Origin: Trichomonas gallinae
Lineage: Eukaryota
Direction: 5' to 3'
NCBI GenBank assembly: GCA_008369845.1
Contig: MRSU01008099.1
Coordinates: 1-37,299 of the forward strand
DNA: 37,299 nt
Each line of letters opens with the position of its first letter. Position 1 is the stretch's first letter. Under the pieces are notes generated by a model. The model saw only the letters and a program-made list of their open reading frames with translations. It was not told the DNA's origin and did not search any database. Shown in pieces: positions 37,233 through 37,299 of the stretch. The position numbers and the translations under genes were made by a program.

Positions 37233-37299
37233 AAAAACAAACAAACAAAAATAAAAAAAAAGAAAAAAAAAAAAAACAAAAAAAAAAAAAAAAAAAAAA
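37233..37299 (+). repeat. A-rich low-complexity tract running to the window end
   Basis: (CAAA)n grading into near-pure poly(A) with sporadic C, G or T. Confidence 0.9.

Overview
This is a gene-dense, AT-rich eukaryotic window with no apparent introns. It is almost certainly from a trichomonad (Trichomonas vaginalis or a close parabasalid). The evidence is a DUF3447-type ankyrin module, Inr (TCAYW), M2 (AAAGTGAC), M3 and M5 (CCTTT) core-promoter motifs, and TAA stops embedded in TAAA. It holds 15 single-exon protein-coding genes: VPS35L, V-ATPase subunit G, an RCC1-like protein with SH3/KOW-like repeats, capping protein alpha, a 2635-aa ankyrin/LRR/multi-TM protein, a 109-aa orphan, pescadillo, a bromodomain-ET protein, SHQ1, RPL30, an SF3B3/DDB1-family propeller protein, ARMC4/ODAD2, a CARMIL-like protein, a tepsin-like protein lacking the ENTH domain, and an EGF/IPT surface protein. 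The most unusual item is the giant membrane protein. It carries nine tandem N-x-[ED]-T-F-G motifs resembling the DDX6/Dhh1-binding TFG motif of Pat1 and LSm14. Non-coding structure includes a phased ~20-bp M2-like array in a bidirectional promoter, a 3x110-bp tandem repeat, an imperfect ~190-bp inverted repeat and a terminal A-rich tract. I found no rRNA, tRNA, CRISPR array or intact transposase. All homology calls come from motif recognition by eye, not database searches.
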